A DNA stretch of 64,000 nt from Lingula anatina. Its lineage: Eukaryota > Animalia > Brachiopoda. Every line of letters starts with the position of its first letter. Positions within the stretch are counted from its first letter, which is position 1. This document shows positions 14,401 through 26,400 of the stretch, piece by piece. The stretch is from the NCBI GenBank assembly GCA_051362555.1, contig CM120647.1, positions 12,996,651-13,060,650 of the forward strand, given 5' to 3'. The translations under genes were made by a program, and so were the position numbers. Under the pieces are notes generated by a model that saw nothing but the letters and a program-made list of their open reading frames with translations, did no database searches and had not been told where the DNA came from.

Positions 14401-15088
14401 CAGTAATCTAGTGAGACTCCCCACGGGGATAGATCAATCTAAAATCTATGGGAATGCGCCCTGAGATCTTTGCTTAATGCCTAAGATAATTTGGTGTAAA
14501 AAAATTAATATTTTGGCACTGCGTCATATGTTCCCTGATGGTGGTAACAAAAGTTATTGCCTCTTGTTTCTTATATATTAGAATGTTATCTGTTTATTTA
14601 TTTATTTGAAAATCCTGTCCTATTAAAATGCAGCATTCCTTTGAGGAAAATTCCCAAAGGATGTCTTCTTAAATTTGGGAAAGATTTGGAATTCTTTTCT
14701 CACTATTTCCAGGTGTATTTGCGGTGCTTTCCATAGTCTTCTCATTCATCACATTGATAGTACACATCTATATGTTTACTTGGGAGTCAACCTGGTATGA
14801 GGCCTTCAAGGAATATACAGTGTAAGTTAACAAATATGCCTAGAAAATTTAAAAAAAAACTATGAGGTGTTTTCTTGAATGTTCATTTGAAATAAAGGTC
14901 TCAGAAGGTGAAAACTAAGAAAGCAAAAGTGAACTGTGTAGGCATAAGATGAACCTGAACCTATTCAGCAGGAAGCTTTCAAGAAATGTACAAATTTGAA
15001 AGCCATAGTGCACAGCTTGGGTATCATAAACTACAGGAAATAATGGAATTTTAGAGAAAGGCAATTCAATATTTGTGTGTGTGCCAGA

Positions 15089-15165
<77 letters not shown>

Positions 15166-17761
15166 TGTCACTCATATCCAATCATTGTCTCACAGGTGTA
15201 AAGCCACATCAGAACTGACAGGGGATAAAACGCAGTGTGAGCTGACCAGTCGTCCCAGTCTGGCCGCGGTACAGATCCACATCTTTGCCTACTTTGGTGC
15301 TGGTATAGCCATGAGTTCCTGGGTCTGGAATAAAGCCACCCTGGATGCTTGGAAGAGGTTCTTTAGAAGGTAAGAGCTATGGGTCTGGAATAAAGCCACC
15401 CTGGATGCTTGGAAGAGGTTCTTTAGAAGGTAAGAGCTATGGGTGTATAAAGCCACCCTGGGCCCCATAACTCGAAAGCATCTCGCATTGCAACCGAGGG
15501 TAAACGTCTTGATTTCATAACTTGTCCATACACGTCCCCCTCAATGTGATATCGCTATTTGCAATGCTTTCTATGTTACGGAGCCCTGGATGCTTGGAAG
15601 AGGTTCTTTAGAAGGTAAAAACTTAAATCATGAGAACTTGTGTAGAAGCATCAACCAATGGATTTTATATCATAAATGCAAATGATATAATGTACATCAC
15701 TATAATGATCATCCATTTCAAGTTAAAAGATAGATTTAAAGAGCATAAGAAAATATAACTTTCATGACTGATTTTTTTGGCAGATGAAGCAGTCTGACTG
15801 ACCTCATTTATTAATAAATAGTTGTCTCATATTAAAATGTTTTTCATTCATAAAAAAGTAATAAGATGTGCATCATAACATTACAGGGTATTTCGTATTG
15901 CTGACAACAAGCCAGTCAAGTTAAAGAAACACAAGATGATAGCTCAGGCGTTTGCTAAGAGGAGGGATGTCAACAATGGGCACATGTCCGTAAGCTTCTG
16001 CAGTACCCATGATGATCCGTTGGGTGAGTGTACACACGTGTAGCACGTACTCCTTTGCATGCACTGCACATTCATAATGATAAAATGTGACAAATATGCT
16101 TGATTGAACTGGCATGTTGTTCAAGAATTTAAAAGAAAAAAGTTTCAGATATCTCTATTTCTTGCACAAATTTTAAATGCTTTAAACTTCAAGTTGTGAA
16201 ATACAAACTGACACAAGGTCCTCCTCATACACATTTCATATCAGATATGAAATTCTGCTTTGACATAAATTGGCACACCATGTATGAGGTAAAACTTTAT
16301 TATGTCAGCAGTGATACAGATTTCTCCTTTCTGTATATATTACCTGATGAAAAAATGACTTGACAAGGGTATCTCCTTGACAACAACAGCAGTATCTCCA
16401 TGACAACAACGGCAATATCTCCTTGACAGCAGTATCTCCTTGACAACAATATTACCTTGACAGTAATAATACATAAAGTTCCCATTCTACATATGTATTA
16501 AAAATTCACACTCATATACATTCCAGGTATGAAGTTTGACTTGAACAGTGTCACGTCAGCTGACATGTCGTCACAGTGGGTCCAAGCCATGCCTAACTTG
16601 GTGCGTCGCAGGGGAGGGATGATCCACCCCACAGCAGGTACCCTTCGCAGGTACTCAGACTCAGGTATGTACTGCCAGTTTAGGAGTTTTAAGGATATTG
16701 CTTTTAAGCCTGAAATTCCTCACAGAACGTAAGTTGTATAATTCAGCTTGAGTGGAAAGGCATTGGTATAAACCCTGAAGTCCATGGAGCACGTTCCAAG
16801 CAGCTATGCAAATTTATGATTCAGAATTTTAAAAAATTAAAATTTTGAAATAAAGTGGGTTGTTCCGTGAACTGAAAATTAATGCTGAAAAAGTATTATT
16901 CACTGACTTTGAAATCTTAAAAAAAAAATAGTAATAATAATAGGAATTTTAAAAAAGTGTTTGACCATGAAAATGTCAAATTCTTCAATGATTTTACCAC
17001 CAGATCTCACTATTATTCCAGACATTCAGTCTATAGCATCTAGGAGATTGTCAATAGACTCCCAAGTCAGTGTACAAAGAGACAAAGAAGAAACCAAGAA
17101 AAAGAAGAAAAAGCGCGGAAGAAAAAACAGAATAGCGCCAGTGGCTCTTCCTCCCAGTTCGCGCCGCGGGAGTGACAGCCAGACCTGGGTCAGTAAGGGG
17201 CAATACCAGGAGGCGAGACGCGCCAGCGATACCTCCGTCATCACCAACGCCTCCGCCCACAGTATTAAAGTCTCTATGGAGAAACTGGCTAGTTCCATAG
17301 AGAGTCTCCACATGATGTTGTGTGCTACCAAAGGGGAGGGACTGGGAAGAGGGAGGGATAGTTTCAAGAGGGAGGGACCCCTTGGGAGTGGAGGGAAAAA
17401 AGGGACCAAAAAAGAAATTTTGGGGGGACCAAGGACTCAGCCCCCTCCTGTGCCCCTAGCTACCTATTCTCTTTTCACAGCCAGTGCCTACGTCCCACAG
17501 ACGGTGGAAATGGTCGATCTCGATGGCTCAGAGAATTACGAGTTGGATATAGAAGAAGCAGTGGCGCCACCTGTCCAGCAACAAACACCAACCAAACAGG
17601 AGCGTGCCACACCCATGTCAGCAGCGTCCAAGAGGAGTGGTCGAGATAGTGGGCGCCACAGTCAGGTCCCAAGCGGTCACTCTTATCCTACCGATGTCGT
17701 TGTCCATGTTGACAGTCGAACTGATGATGAGAGAGATGAAGGACTGGAGTCATCCTCTTAG
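8435..17761 (+). CDS. SMO: Smoothened (class F GPCR, Hedgehog pathway), ~894 aa. Exons: 8435-8995, 10746-10955, 12122-12300, 12447-12666, 13106-13229, 14110-14202, 14713-14821, 15196-15369, 15887-16023, 16527-16664, 17022-17761
   Basis: Signal peptide, then a Frizzled-type CRD (CLGTPLPY...[25 protein letters not shown]), linker [14 protein letters not shown] segments ([21 protein letters not shown]; [13 protein letters not shown]; [21 protein letters not shown]) and the Smo tail ([20 protein letters not shown]). All introns are GT-AG and phases join into one frame. An acceptor at 8400-8401 implies an upstream non-coding exon. Confidence 0.96.
11025..11198. mobile_element. Palindromic MITE in Smo intron 2; fragment of the same family at ~31510-31570
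   Basis: Long imperfect inverted arms (CACATTCAC..ATCTGTGGAT..ATATGGC / GCCATAT..ATCCACAGAT..GTGAATGTG). Confidence 0.75.
13217..13686 (+). repeat. 41-bp tandem repeat containing the Smo exon 5 donor (12 donor copies)
   Basis: Unit ggttatatgtatgg|gtgagtactgatgtctataggactgat; GTGAGT recurs every 41 nt from 13230 to 13681. Confidence 0.97.
14248..14461. mobile_element. MITE family A (TIR ~GCATTCCCATAGATTTAGAT); second copy in opposite orientation at 36638-36852
   Basis: Terminal inverted repeats, and the two copies align over ~210 bp as reverse complements. Confidence 0.85.
15321..15620 (+). repeat. 60-bp tandem triplication of the Smo exon 8 end plus donor; third copy interrupted by a MITE
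   Basis: 15321-15380 is identical to 15381-15440; third copy spans 15441-15460 plus 15586-15620. Confidence 0.95.
15461..15585. mobile_element. MITE family B with 3-bp CTG target-site duplication (PIF/Harbinger-like); second copy inverted at 40396-40533
   Basis: TIR GGCCCCATAACTCGAAAGC / GCTTTCTATGTTACGGAGCC. The empty site is shown by the neighbouring 60-bp repeat copies. Confidence 0.8.
16368..16470. repeat. Degenerate intronic minisatellite with ~20-23 bp units (atctccttgacaacaa...)
   Basis: About five copies visible. Confidence 0.75.
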
Positions 17762-18359
17762 CTTAGCAAGGAAAGGCATGATGTGATTCTTGATCTGGGA
17801 TTAAAACTTATAAGCTTGAGATCAATTTTGGGTGATTGATCATGGCATGACTGAGGACAGTTATTTTGACTAGCAAATGATGTGCCTTTGGAGGAATAAA
17901 CATAATGGAAAGCAATAATTGAAAAGCAGAGAGGTTGACAGTCTTGTGACAAAAATGCTGAATTCCCAATGTTTACCTGACAGCAAAGCAATATGTCTCA
18001 GCAGTGAAAAGAAATTTATACCAATAGGACTGACTTCTACAGTGGGTATATTGCAATACAGTAGTGTTTAATGTTAAGGTTTTGTCCTTACAATAAGTGT
18101 TTGTAGTTCATTTGGTGGAACTGTTACTGTGTTCTGGATTCTTAGCTCCAGTTACAGCATATTAGCAGCATTCATCGTAACTGTGTCATTAATATCTGTC
18201 ACAGTCTCCTCATTATTGATGACCTTGACCCAATTATTGATGTGTGTCAAGGTGACCTCGTGATTAATTTGTTGTCCCAGTTACAAATATATGCCAATGG
18301 TGTCCTCATGGTGTCAAGGTGACCTGGTCAGCAGATTTGTGTCTCTGACATAGGTTTAT

Positions 18360-18519
18360 CAGGGGCGGATTTAGGCCGTCTTCTGGGTCTTCCGGAAGAC
18401 GGTCAGATTTTCAAGTTTACATTGACGGGTATCCATTTTGGAGGACGGTCAAAATTGGAGGATGAATCAACAAAGATATTTTGGAAGACTGTCAGTAAAT
18501 AGCTCTGGATCCGCCCCTG
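18360..18519. mobile_element. MITE family C, CAGGGG...CCCCTG termini, 5-bp TSD (hAT5-like); copies at 32768-32940 and 47326-47495
   Basis: Three alignable copies with flanks TTTAT/TTTAT, TATCA/TGTCA and GTACT/GTACT. Confidence 0.88.
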
Positions 18520-19723
18520 TTTATATCACTAGAATCTAGTAAAATTCAGCACATTTTACTGTCACAAAAGTACATTGATTTAGCAGTGGTACAGAAGCGT
18601 CTTAGATCCATATAATATTTATTATAAAATTTTTAAAACTAAATACTGCGTGCATATTCTTTGTAGGGGCCAGTTATGTTTGTTGCTACCACTTGTATGC
18701 GTTTTAGATCTGGAAGTGCCTTGCCATATGTGCCTCAGAATACTCCTTTAATTAATACTTGATATGAAAATACTTGAACTATTATTAGTATTATTATTTT
18801 ACAGCTATTATATACTCACAACTAAATTCATGATGGTGCATTAGACCTTGACATTAATAAATGACCTTGACATAACAGAATGGTGACCTTGACCAATATT
18901 GGTGATCTCGCAACTTGCCATGACAGACTCAGTTGTATTTTCATATTGTTGTACAGTTGTCATACTCTCTTTACGTGACACCTTTGAAATATATGAAATC
19001 ATTACTAGTTAGCATAAACTGATTTAATTTTGTAGCATTTTAGATAGCTAGCAGAAAAGTTTAGATTTTTAAATTTTATACATGCAAATGCAGAAATAGG
19101 TATTTTTTAGTTAGCGTAAGTGCTCTACTGTGTGGGGTTATATTTTTGTTTGGAGAATGCCACTTTATATTGACCATTCTTAGTTATGGATATTTCTGTA
19201 CCATTTGTTTCTGTGTTACTCAAAAGATAAAATGAAGTTTGTAAATCTGGGTAGTGATATATGTTGAAGGAAGCCCAAACAAGAGAATGACCATGACTTT
19301 AAGGACATCATCTCAGATACAAAAGATTGGTTTAAACTAGCTTTCAGCAGTAACTTCTTAGAGTGCTGTGTAAATACTCAAAAAAATTGGTGCATACTTA
19401 CTGCTTCCATGACTCAATATTTTACAATTTTTTTATAAGTTATTATAATTAGTATTTATGTAATTTTTTCGCAAATGTTCACAGTACAAGGCATATGGAA
19501 GTTTTATTTTTCTTTTAGTTCTTTGAACTAAATGCTTTGTATTAATTTTTTAATCATTTAAGGGTCCCAAGTTAAATGGTTTTGTTTATTACCATGTGTT
19601 CCAGTTAAATGATTTTGGATCAAAAACCTGAATAATACTCAGCTGGTTTATGTCATGGTGACACAAAGAATTTACTCTGAAAAATACTCATTTTTCATTT
19701 AAAGTTACTAGTAGTAGTAGTAT

Positions 19724-19771
<48 letters not shown>

Positions 19772-20356
19772 AATATTGCACTTGCTTATTTAGTGCATTT
19801 TAATGTAGGTTTTACCAAGAATTCCTGGTGTTATTCATATAAGCATGTGTATGAATATGTGCAGTGGATATTTTAAATATCCTTACTTGAAATTTTTATA
19901 TAGGTATATTATTGATGATCTTTAAACATACTATAGATGACCTTGACCCATCTAAGGTATGACCTTGACCCAATTTGGTGGTATTTTTCTTGTTTATTAA
20001 TGGTATGCAAAACAGAGCCTGAATATTTCTACTTTTAAATCATTCAGTACTTATTGATCCCCATAGATACCATGGAGAATGTTCTTGATAAAGTGGGGGT
20101 GATGACAGTAGCAAGTTGGTAATACAGAATTTGACAAATTTGCTCTTATGTTCTAGAAATATTTCAAAGAAGCATTTAAGATGTAGCCTGTCATGATAAA
20201 TAGTGATTTTTTGGGGAATTTATTTTTAAATGCGGCTTTTGACAGATACTAGAATCTCTTAACCGTGGAATCTCAACTCCCCCTCCCCTCCCCTCCCCTC
20301 AGTTGTGCAATATGCTTCACTTTAACAGTTACATATTATATGTAACAGACTTGGTT

Positions 20357-21303
20357 TTTCTTTGAATTTGTGCTGTTGTAAGTTATATATTATATATACT
20401 ATAATGCTTTATATTGTTTTTCTTTGTCATATCGTTCAGTTGGAATGTAAGTTTTATTAAGCACTATTATGGGTCTAAGGTTAGAAAGCTTGCATGTTAT
20501 ATAGGATGTTTTTTGGCTCGATTATTTCTAACAGGAAAAATTATCAATTGAATCAAATGATTGAGCCATTACTGTAAAAAATACTGTCTCTCATTCTTGA
20601 ATCCCTCTTGATTATTACCAATAGTCACCAGTTATTAGAGTTCAAGATTCTAATGTATTAGAGTTAAAGATTGTTATGTTTTGTGAATTGTTTGACATAT
20701 GAGAATGGTCTTCTGTATTTATCTGGAAATCCAGAGATTATTTTGGTGCATTTGTGCCCCACTTTCCTCTTTAATTTGGGAAGTTTTGAAAAGGAAGGTG
20801 CTTGCCATGTGAGGTTTAAAAAGGTCAAGTCTGCTTTGTGGCAATATTTTCTTTGAAATAAGCACAGGAATTAAAATTGAGGAAGTTATAAACGGAAGTA
20901 AAAATTACTGACTTCAAAAGAAATTGAAATGTCCAATGATATTGGATATTGTAAGAAAATATCACAGCATTTTAAAACAGTAGTGTACTAGCACAAGTTA
21001 TTTTGTCTGTTACAAGTTCAATAGTAAACATGTTTATGAGTAGATTTTTCTTATCAGTAAAAACAATTTGCATATCATATCTGATATTTATCTATCTTTA
21101 TTTTCAAATTTCAAGAGTTTCATATAAGTAGTAGTAAAATGAAAATAAAATAAATATTAGATCAAACGATATTGTATTGTATTGTTTCTGCTTTTGAAAA
21201 GGTCATCTTAAAATTTCTAGTGGGAATTATTTGGGGTGCCAGTCATTTAACATTCTTGAACATATTTTTAGATATTAAAATTTTTCAATCGTATATCTAT
21301 GAT
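20357..21303 (+). repeat. Left copy of a ~950 bp direct duplication (right copy 29472-30424)
   Basis: Long shared blocks, e.g. aaaaatactgtctctcattcttga..ccctcttgattattaccaatagtcaccagttatt and ttcttatcagtaaaaacaatttgcatatcatatct. Confidence 0.92.
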
Positions 21304-21307
21304 GATT

Positions 21308-22075
21308 CTAGGACAATTCCACCCCAGGAAAGTCCCCCAAGAAATATATATTCGTATACAAATATAAAGTAGTAGTACTGTAAAAACTATAAAGTTCAAA
21401 ACATTCCATCCATTTTATTAATATTTTAATGTGATAATACGCCTTCACCATGAAACAAATTATTTTATAAATTCCTTTTCACTGAGTACAAGTACAGAAA
21501 GTTTTATTAAATATCTAATCAAAGTATAACCACCTATCCTTCGGGTAAAGGTGATGTAAAAAGATGAACAGGTAAACAAATAGTTTGTGAATATTTTCAG
21601 TGTGGTGGGTAGTGGTAAAAAAAATTCAAAGTGACAAATAATCAAAGGGATACCTGGATAAGCGAGATCTGTTTACCCCACCTCAACCTAGAGATACACG
21701 TTGAGTCAAGACTTACTCAATCAAGGGGGAATGATAAAGCCATTAAAAGTAAAACAATTCATCAAAAGGTTACCTGGATGAGTGAGATCGTCCGCTTACC
21801 CCACCTTTACCTGAAGATATAGTTTGATCAGATTTTTAATAAAATGCTCTGCGCTTCTTTCCCTAAAATTTTCTGTACTTGTTCTCCACGAAAATAATTT
21901 GTTTAATGAAATAAATATTATCTATCCTCGAGTTGCATCATCCCACTAGGAAATATTAAGAAAATGGAAGAAAAAAATTTGAACTTTCTACTCTTTACTT
22001 TATATTTGTTTATAAATATATATATTTGCTCGGGAGGAATCGTCCAGGGGGGGGGTTGTGCGGGAGGGAGGATTA
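21308..22075. mobile_element. Degraded inverted-repeat element with ~120 bp arms and internal direct repeats
   Basis: 21310-21430 (ggacaattcc..aaatatata..caaatataaagta..aaagttcaaa..ccatttt..taatattt) matches the reverse complement of ~21950-22050. An internal ~70-bp duplication lies at ~21640 and ~21760. Confidence 0.6.
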
Positions 22076-23276
22076 TATAAAAGCACTGTGCTATATGACA
22101 AGCTTTCTCTGGCAAAAAGGTTGAAGCCTTCCAACAGATCTCATTAAGGCTTTCAGTAATCTTCTAGAGGTGTGCTTAGTCATCATAGTGTTATCAGTGG
22201 CAAGGCATCAGCAACAGTGGAAGGGGCTTCTGCATGATTGCTCAGGTACACCTTTCTTATGCGCTGTTTTTTATTGGATTACCATGCATGTAAACATTAT
22301 TGTTCGCCCACAGCTGTGGGGGATTCCCTCATGTACCCCTGCTCTTAATGATTGGATAGCCTTTGTTGTCATTTACGGTAGAACGGGTTTTGATCCTTCG
22401 AGGAAGGTAAGGCTTTTTAAACTTATTTAGGTACAATCTACTCCCGAGTAAATAAAGTGCAGCATTTTTGTACTCAACACTAATATTTTGTTTTGTGAAA
22501 GCCTGTATTTGTTAGTTCAATTACTCCCGTTCTACTTAATTTTTTTCGACCAATATATTTCTGCTACCGTACATACAAATAAGCAAGGAAGTAGCATCCC
22601 TCGAGAAATTGTATGTTTTTTTTAAGACGATGCACGGATTGTTTATAATACTTCCTTCTCTCCTCTCCCATCTGGATGCAGAGAACGACAGTGACATGAG
22701 GTACCAGGGAGCCCCTACCCCAAAAAAAATCAATTCCCAATTTGTCCTGACATCTTTAACATTTTTCGAACAACCTCGTTCACCAATGCATACATGACAA
22801 AGTTTCAAGGGCAGAAATATGCTATGCAGATTTCGCGGCTTTTTTCTTCTTTTGCTCCAAGCCTAGAATGTATATGTATACGAGCATATTTATTTTTAAA
22901 AAAATCTTTGTTGAAGAGGTGTCTTAAACATAATAATTTCTTTCGTAAAAGATAAAAAAATTAAAGTGAGAAATGTTTATATCAAACCTCTCTCTCCCAT
23001 TGCTGAGCCGCTTTAAGTTAATCGAGGTGCATATTTTACTAATAAAGAATACTGTATTAATACAGAACACTGGATACAAGAGTCGGCAAAGGCGAAAAGA
23101 AAGTGACGTTACAAAATATGCATCTATTTATGGCATCTACATATCAAAATTTATTTACTCAAAATAATTTATATTGTCACACAATTGTTACAAATATCCA
23201 CACAGTTTTTTCGATCTGATCTACAATACGTAAGCCATAAGTGCATGTTACAAAACAGTTCAAAAACCAAAAACCT

Positions 23277-23410
23277 CAGCCACATAATTTCAGTCATCTC
23301 GTCTTCATCAGCTTGCTCAAGTGGTTTATTCACATCAAAAATTGCGTCGGAAAGACGATTCCAGAACAGACAGTGTCCGTCTGGGTTCTCAGTCCACTTT
23401 ATATACCCTC
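23277..23410 (-). pseudogene. Duplicate of the TIR C-terminal coding segment just downstream of the TLR stop codon
   Basis: Translates GYIKWTENPDGHCLFWNRLSDAIFDVNKPLEQADEDEMTEIM versus the gene's GYIKWTEDPDGQRLFWKRLSNAIFDENNILVQPEKDDTTELM. Confidence 0.85.
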
Positions 23411-23436
23411 AACAGTTTAAAATCAAATCCAATCAG

Positions 23437-26400
23437 CTACATGAGTTCAGTCGTGTCATCTTTCTCGGGTTGCACAAGTATATTATTCTCATCAAAGATG
23501 GCGTTGGAGAGGCGTTTCCAGAACAAACGTTGTCCATCGGGGTCCTCAGTCCACTTTATATACCCTCTAGCTCTAATGTACTTTCGCAGCGATTTCGTCA
23601 TAGCATCAAATGGCACAGGTTGAAACATAACCGGGATTACTGATTGATAACCACGAGCAAGAGACATCTGAAACTCAAACTCACACCAAGGATTGAGCAC
23701 GTAGCTCTCAGACAGAACAAGCACTGTTTTTCTGCTGTTTTCCACGGCCTCTACGATGGCCTCGGAAAGGGAAGCGCCACCAATGAAATTTCTTTGATCT
23801 ATGATAACATCAAGTTGATCCTCGTCTTCTAGATGACGCAACAGCTTGTGCGTTACATAGTAATAATCGTTGTCGTCATAGGAGGCGTACACGTGACCAG
23901 GTGTTGCAGTAATGACACCTCTCTTTCGAAAATGGCGGCGAAGAAGGAAGAAGTGGTATCTATAAGATAGGGAGAAAAATCAAAAACTTAATCGGTAATC
24001 ATTACAAATATTTTACTGCAATGTTGCACTAAATGACATAGAAACACTTTTTTACCCAACCAAACTACTGGGATTCACATTTCTAATGCAGTCCAACTCC
24101 AATATCGACAAGGCTATCTATGTATTCTGTGGAAAGAAAGTTTGGCATGGTAAAAGATACACTGAGAATAAAATTGGAGTCATTTGACTCTCTAGTCAGA
24201 GTCCAGCAGCCCTCGACCCTCATGGAGTTAATTTGACTCCTATATAAGGGTCAAATTACCACACTACCAGAGATTTAGACTCTCTTATCAGAGTTAATCA
24301 CCCCCTGGCTCTCATGGAGTCAATCTGACTGTAAAATCAGAGTCAAATTATCGGGGGCCAGTGTCTGGCTGACCCTTTTCATCGACTCTTTTCGCTCGCT
24401 GGACAGAAAGCTTCGTTTCATTACTTGTGATGGCAGTGTGCAGACGGCGTGGAGAGAACAGTTTTCAGCATCCTTTGTCAGTATAAACATTACTTTATTG
24501 GTCATAGTTGGTTCTATGCATGAACAAGTGGTTTTCTGTGTGTTTCTTAATTTTTAATTTCTTAATTTTTACTGGCCCGGGCTTTCAGTTGCCACACCCT
24601 TTATGTGATATGTTGGTATACAGGTCAGCAGGTTTTGTTTCCAGGTTGTAGGTTTGACCCACCAATGCATGTCAGTGGAGAGGTATGCTCACTCATTGGT
24701 TTATTTTTTCATCTTTAGATATGAGTTAAAATATCTCCCAAAGTTTACGATTTTGAAGGAATTAGTTTGTTTACTCTCTAGTATGGTCACACGGTTTCCT
24801 AATCCAACATCCAACAAACATGTCATGCTGTTTATTACCAGATTTACGAACTGTTTGTTATTGCTACGTGGGATCCACTTCTGACCGCATGGCCTAGTGG
24901 TTAGGGTGTCCGCCTCTGGAGCGGGAGGACGCGGGTTCGAACCCGTCCGGGGACAACAGTCTGAAATGAACGATACTTGCTCTCACTCCACTTGTCGCTA
25001 TTGTAGTTGTTTTTGTTCATGACGTATCAAGGAGTCAAAAATTCCTTAATATGGGGTCATGGTGACTCTTTTGTAGAGATAAATCAAGGGATAAAGGGAT
25101 GTGTGAATGGAGTTCATTGTGACCCTCCTGTGGGGTGTGGGGTGGCATTTCTCCATCGGAGTCAACTTGACTCCAATTGGGAGTTATTTTAGGCACCACT
25201 GCTGGACTCCAAGTTTGGAGTCACTTGGACTCCGATTTTATTCTCAGTGTCATGTTGATATTCGATTGTCGCTAAGGTCCAGCGCGGATACAAGATAGCC
25301 AAAAAAAGTCTTTTGGTATTGTGCTGATTTTGTTCACTGATAAATCGAGGATTTCCAAATGTGGGAGTTGTATTGGATGTAGACCACCTTTAGCAATTGA
25401 TAAGTAGTTTTCAAAGGATGACCTTCTCTGTACTTGATTTTAATTATTAATATTTATACTCATTTTAATACTATATTTTCCAGATTCTTTCACTATACTT
25501 AGTATATGTTGCAAAGAGAGCACGATGAACCCTAAGTACTATATATAATTACAGTTTTCCTGTGTTAAATTATTTTTGTGCGCATTTTTGCTACATATTT
25601 AATCAATATAAAAATTAAACTTTTCTACATACACTCACAAGTTAACTCACTTGATATGCCAACGGTAAATGTAAGCTACTATAAGACCACAGACCGCAGC
25701 AGATATGACACCGAGAGATGCTCCCAAGGAAAGCCACAGGTTTGATGAAATGATCGTATGTGGAGAACTGTCGCATTCCCTCTCAAGTCTACCCAGGCTG
25801 CTCTCTAAGCTTGTTTTAGATCCATTCATGTAGCAAGTGGAGTCGTTGGAGAATATTGTCGTCATGTTAGAATGGATAATCAAATGGAGGAATCCTATCC
25901 CGTCGCAAACGTTGCAGTCCATGGGATTGTTGCTCATGTTCAAAGTTACATCCAAACTACTGGCATTCATCTTCATAATGTAGTCTAACTGCGATATTGC
26001 CAAGGCGGTTAGTTGATTAGTGCTTATATCTATGTATTCTATGGAAAGTAAGTTTGTCATGGTAAAAGATAATGTTGATATTCGATTGTCTCTGAGGTCC
26101 AGCCGTTTTAAGGATACAAGATAGCCAAAAAAGTCTTTTGGTATTGTGCTGATTTTGTTTACTGATAAATCGAGGATTTCTAAGTGTGGGAGTTGTATGG
26201 GATGTAGACCACCTTCAGCAATCAAAGGACCTAAATTGTTTTCTTTCAGATACAAGTAAATCAGTGAGATGAAATTTTCAAAAAATGGTTTTGGAAGGAA
26301 GTTAACACCATTATAAGATAAATCCAGAAACTCTAGCCGATCTAAGCCATAAAGTAAGGCACAAAAAGTTTTTAAATTCACGTCCTCTATTCTGAGATAT

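Larger units (their letters stand above)
24058..25397 (-). pseudogene. Decayed copy of TLR LRR-coding sequence (25952-26222) inside the TLR intron, split by a transposon
   Basis: 24058-24159 aligns to 25952-26071 and 25252-25397 aligns to 26072-26222, with small indels. Confidence 0.88.

Noticed and set aside
23185-23643. 152-aa plus-strand ORF with an internal repeat
   Set aside because: It is the antisense shadow of the TIR exon and its duplicate.
24883-24954. Functional tRNA with a CTG anticodon
   Set aside because: The acceptor stem does not pair properly and it lies within a transposon; treated as a SINE head or pseudogene.
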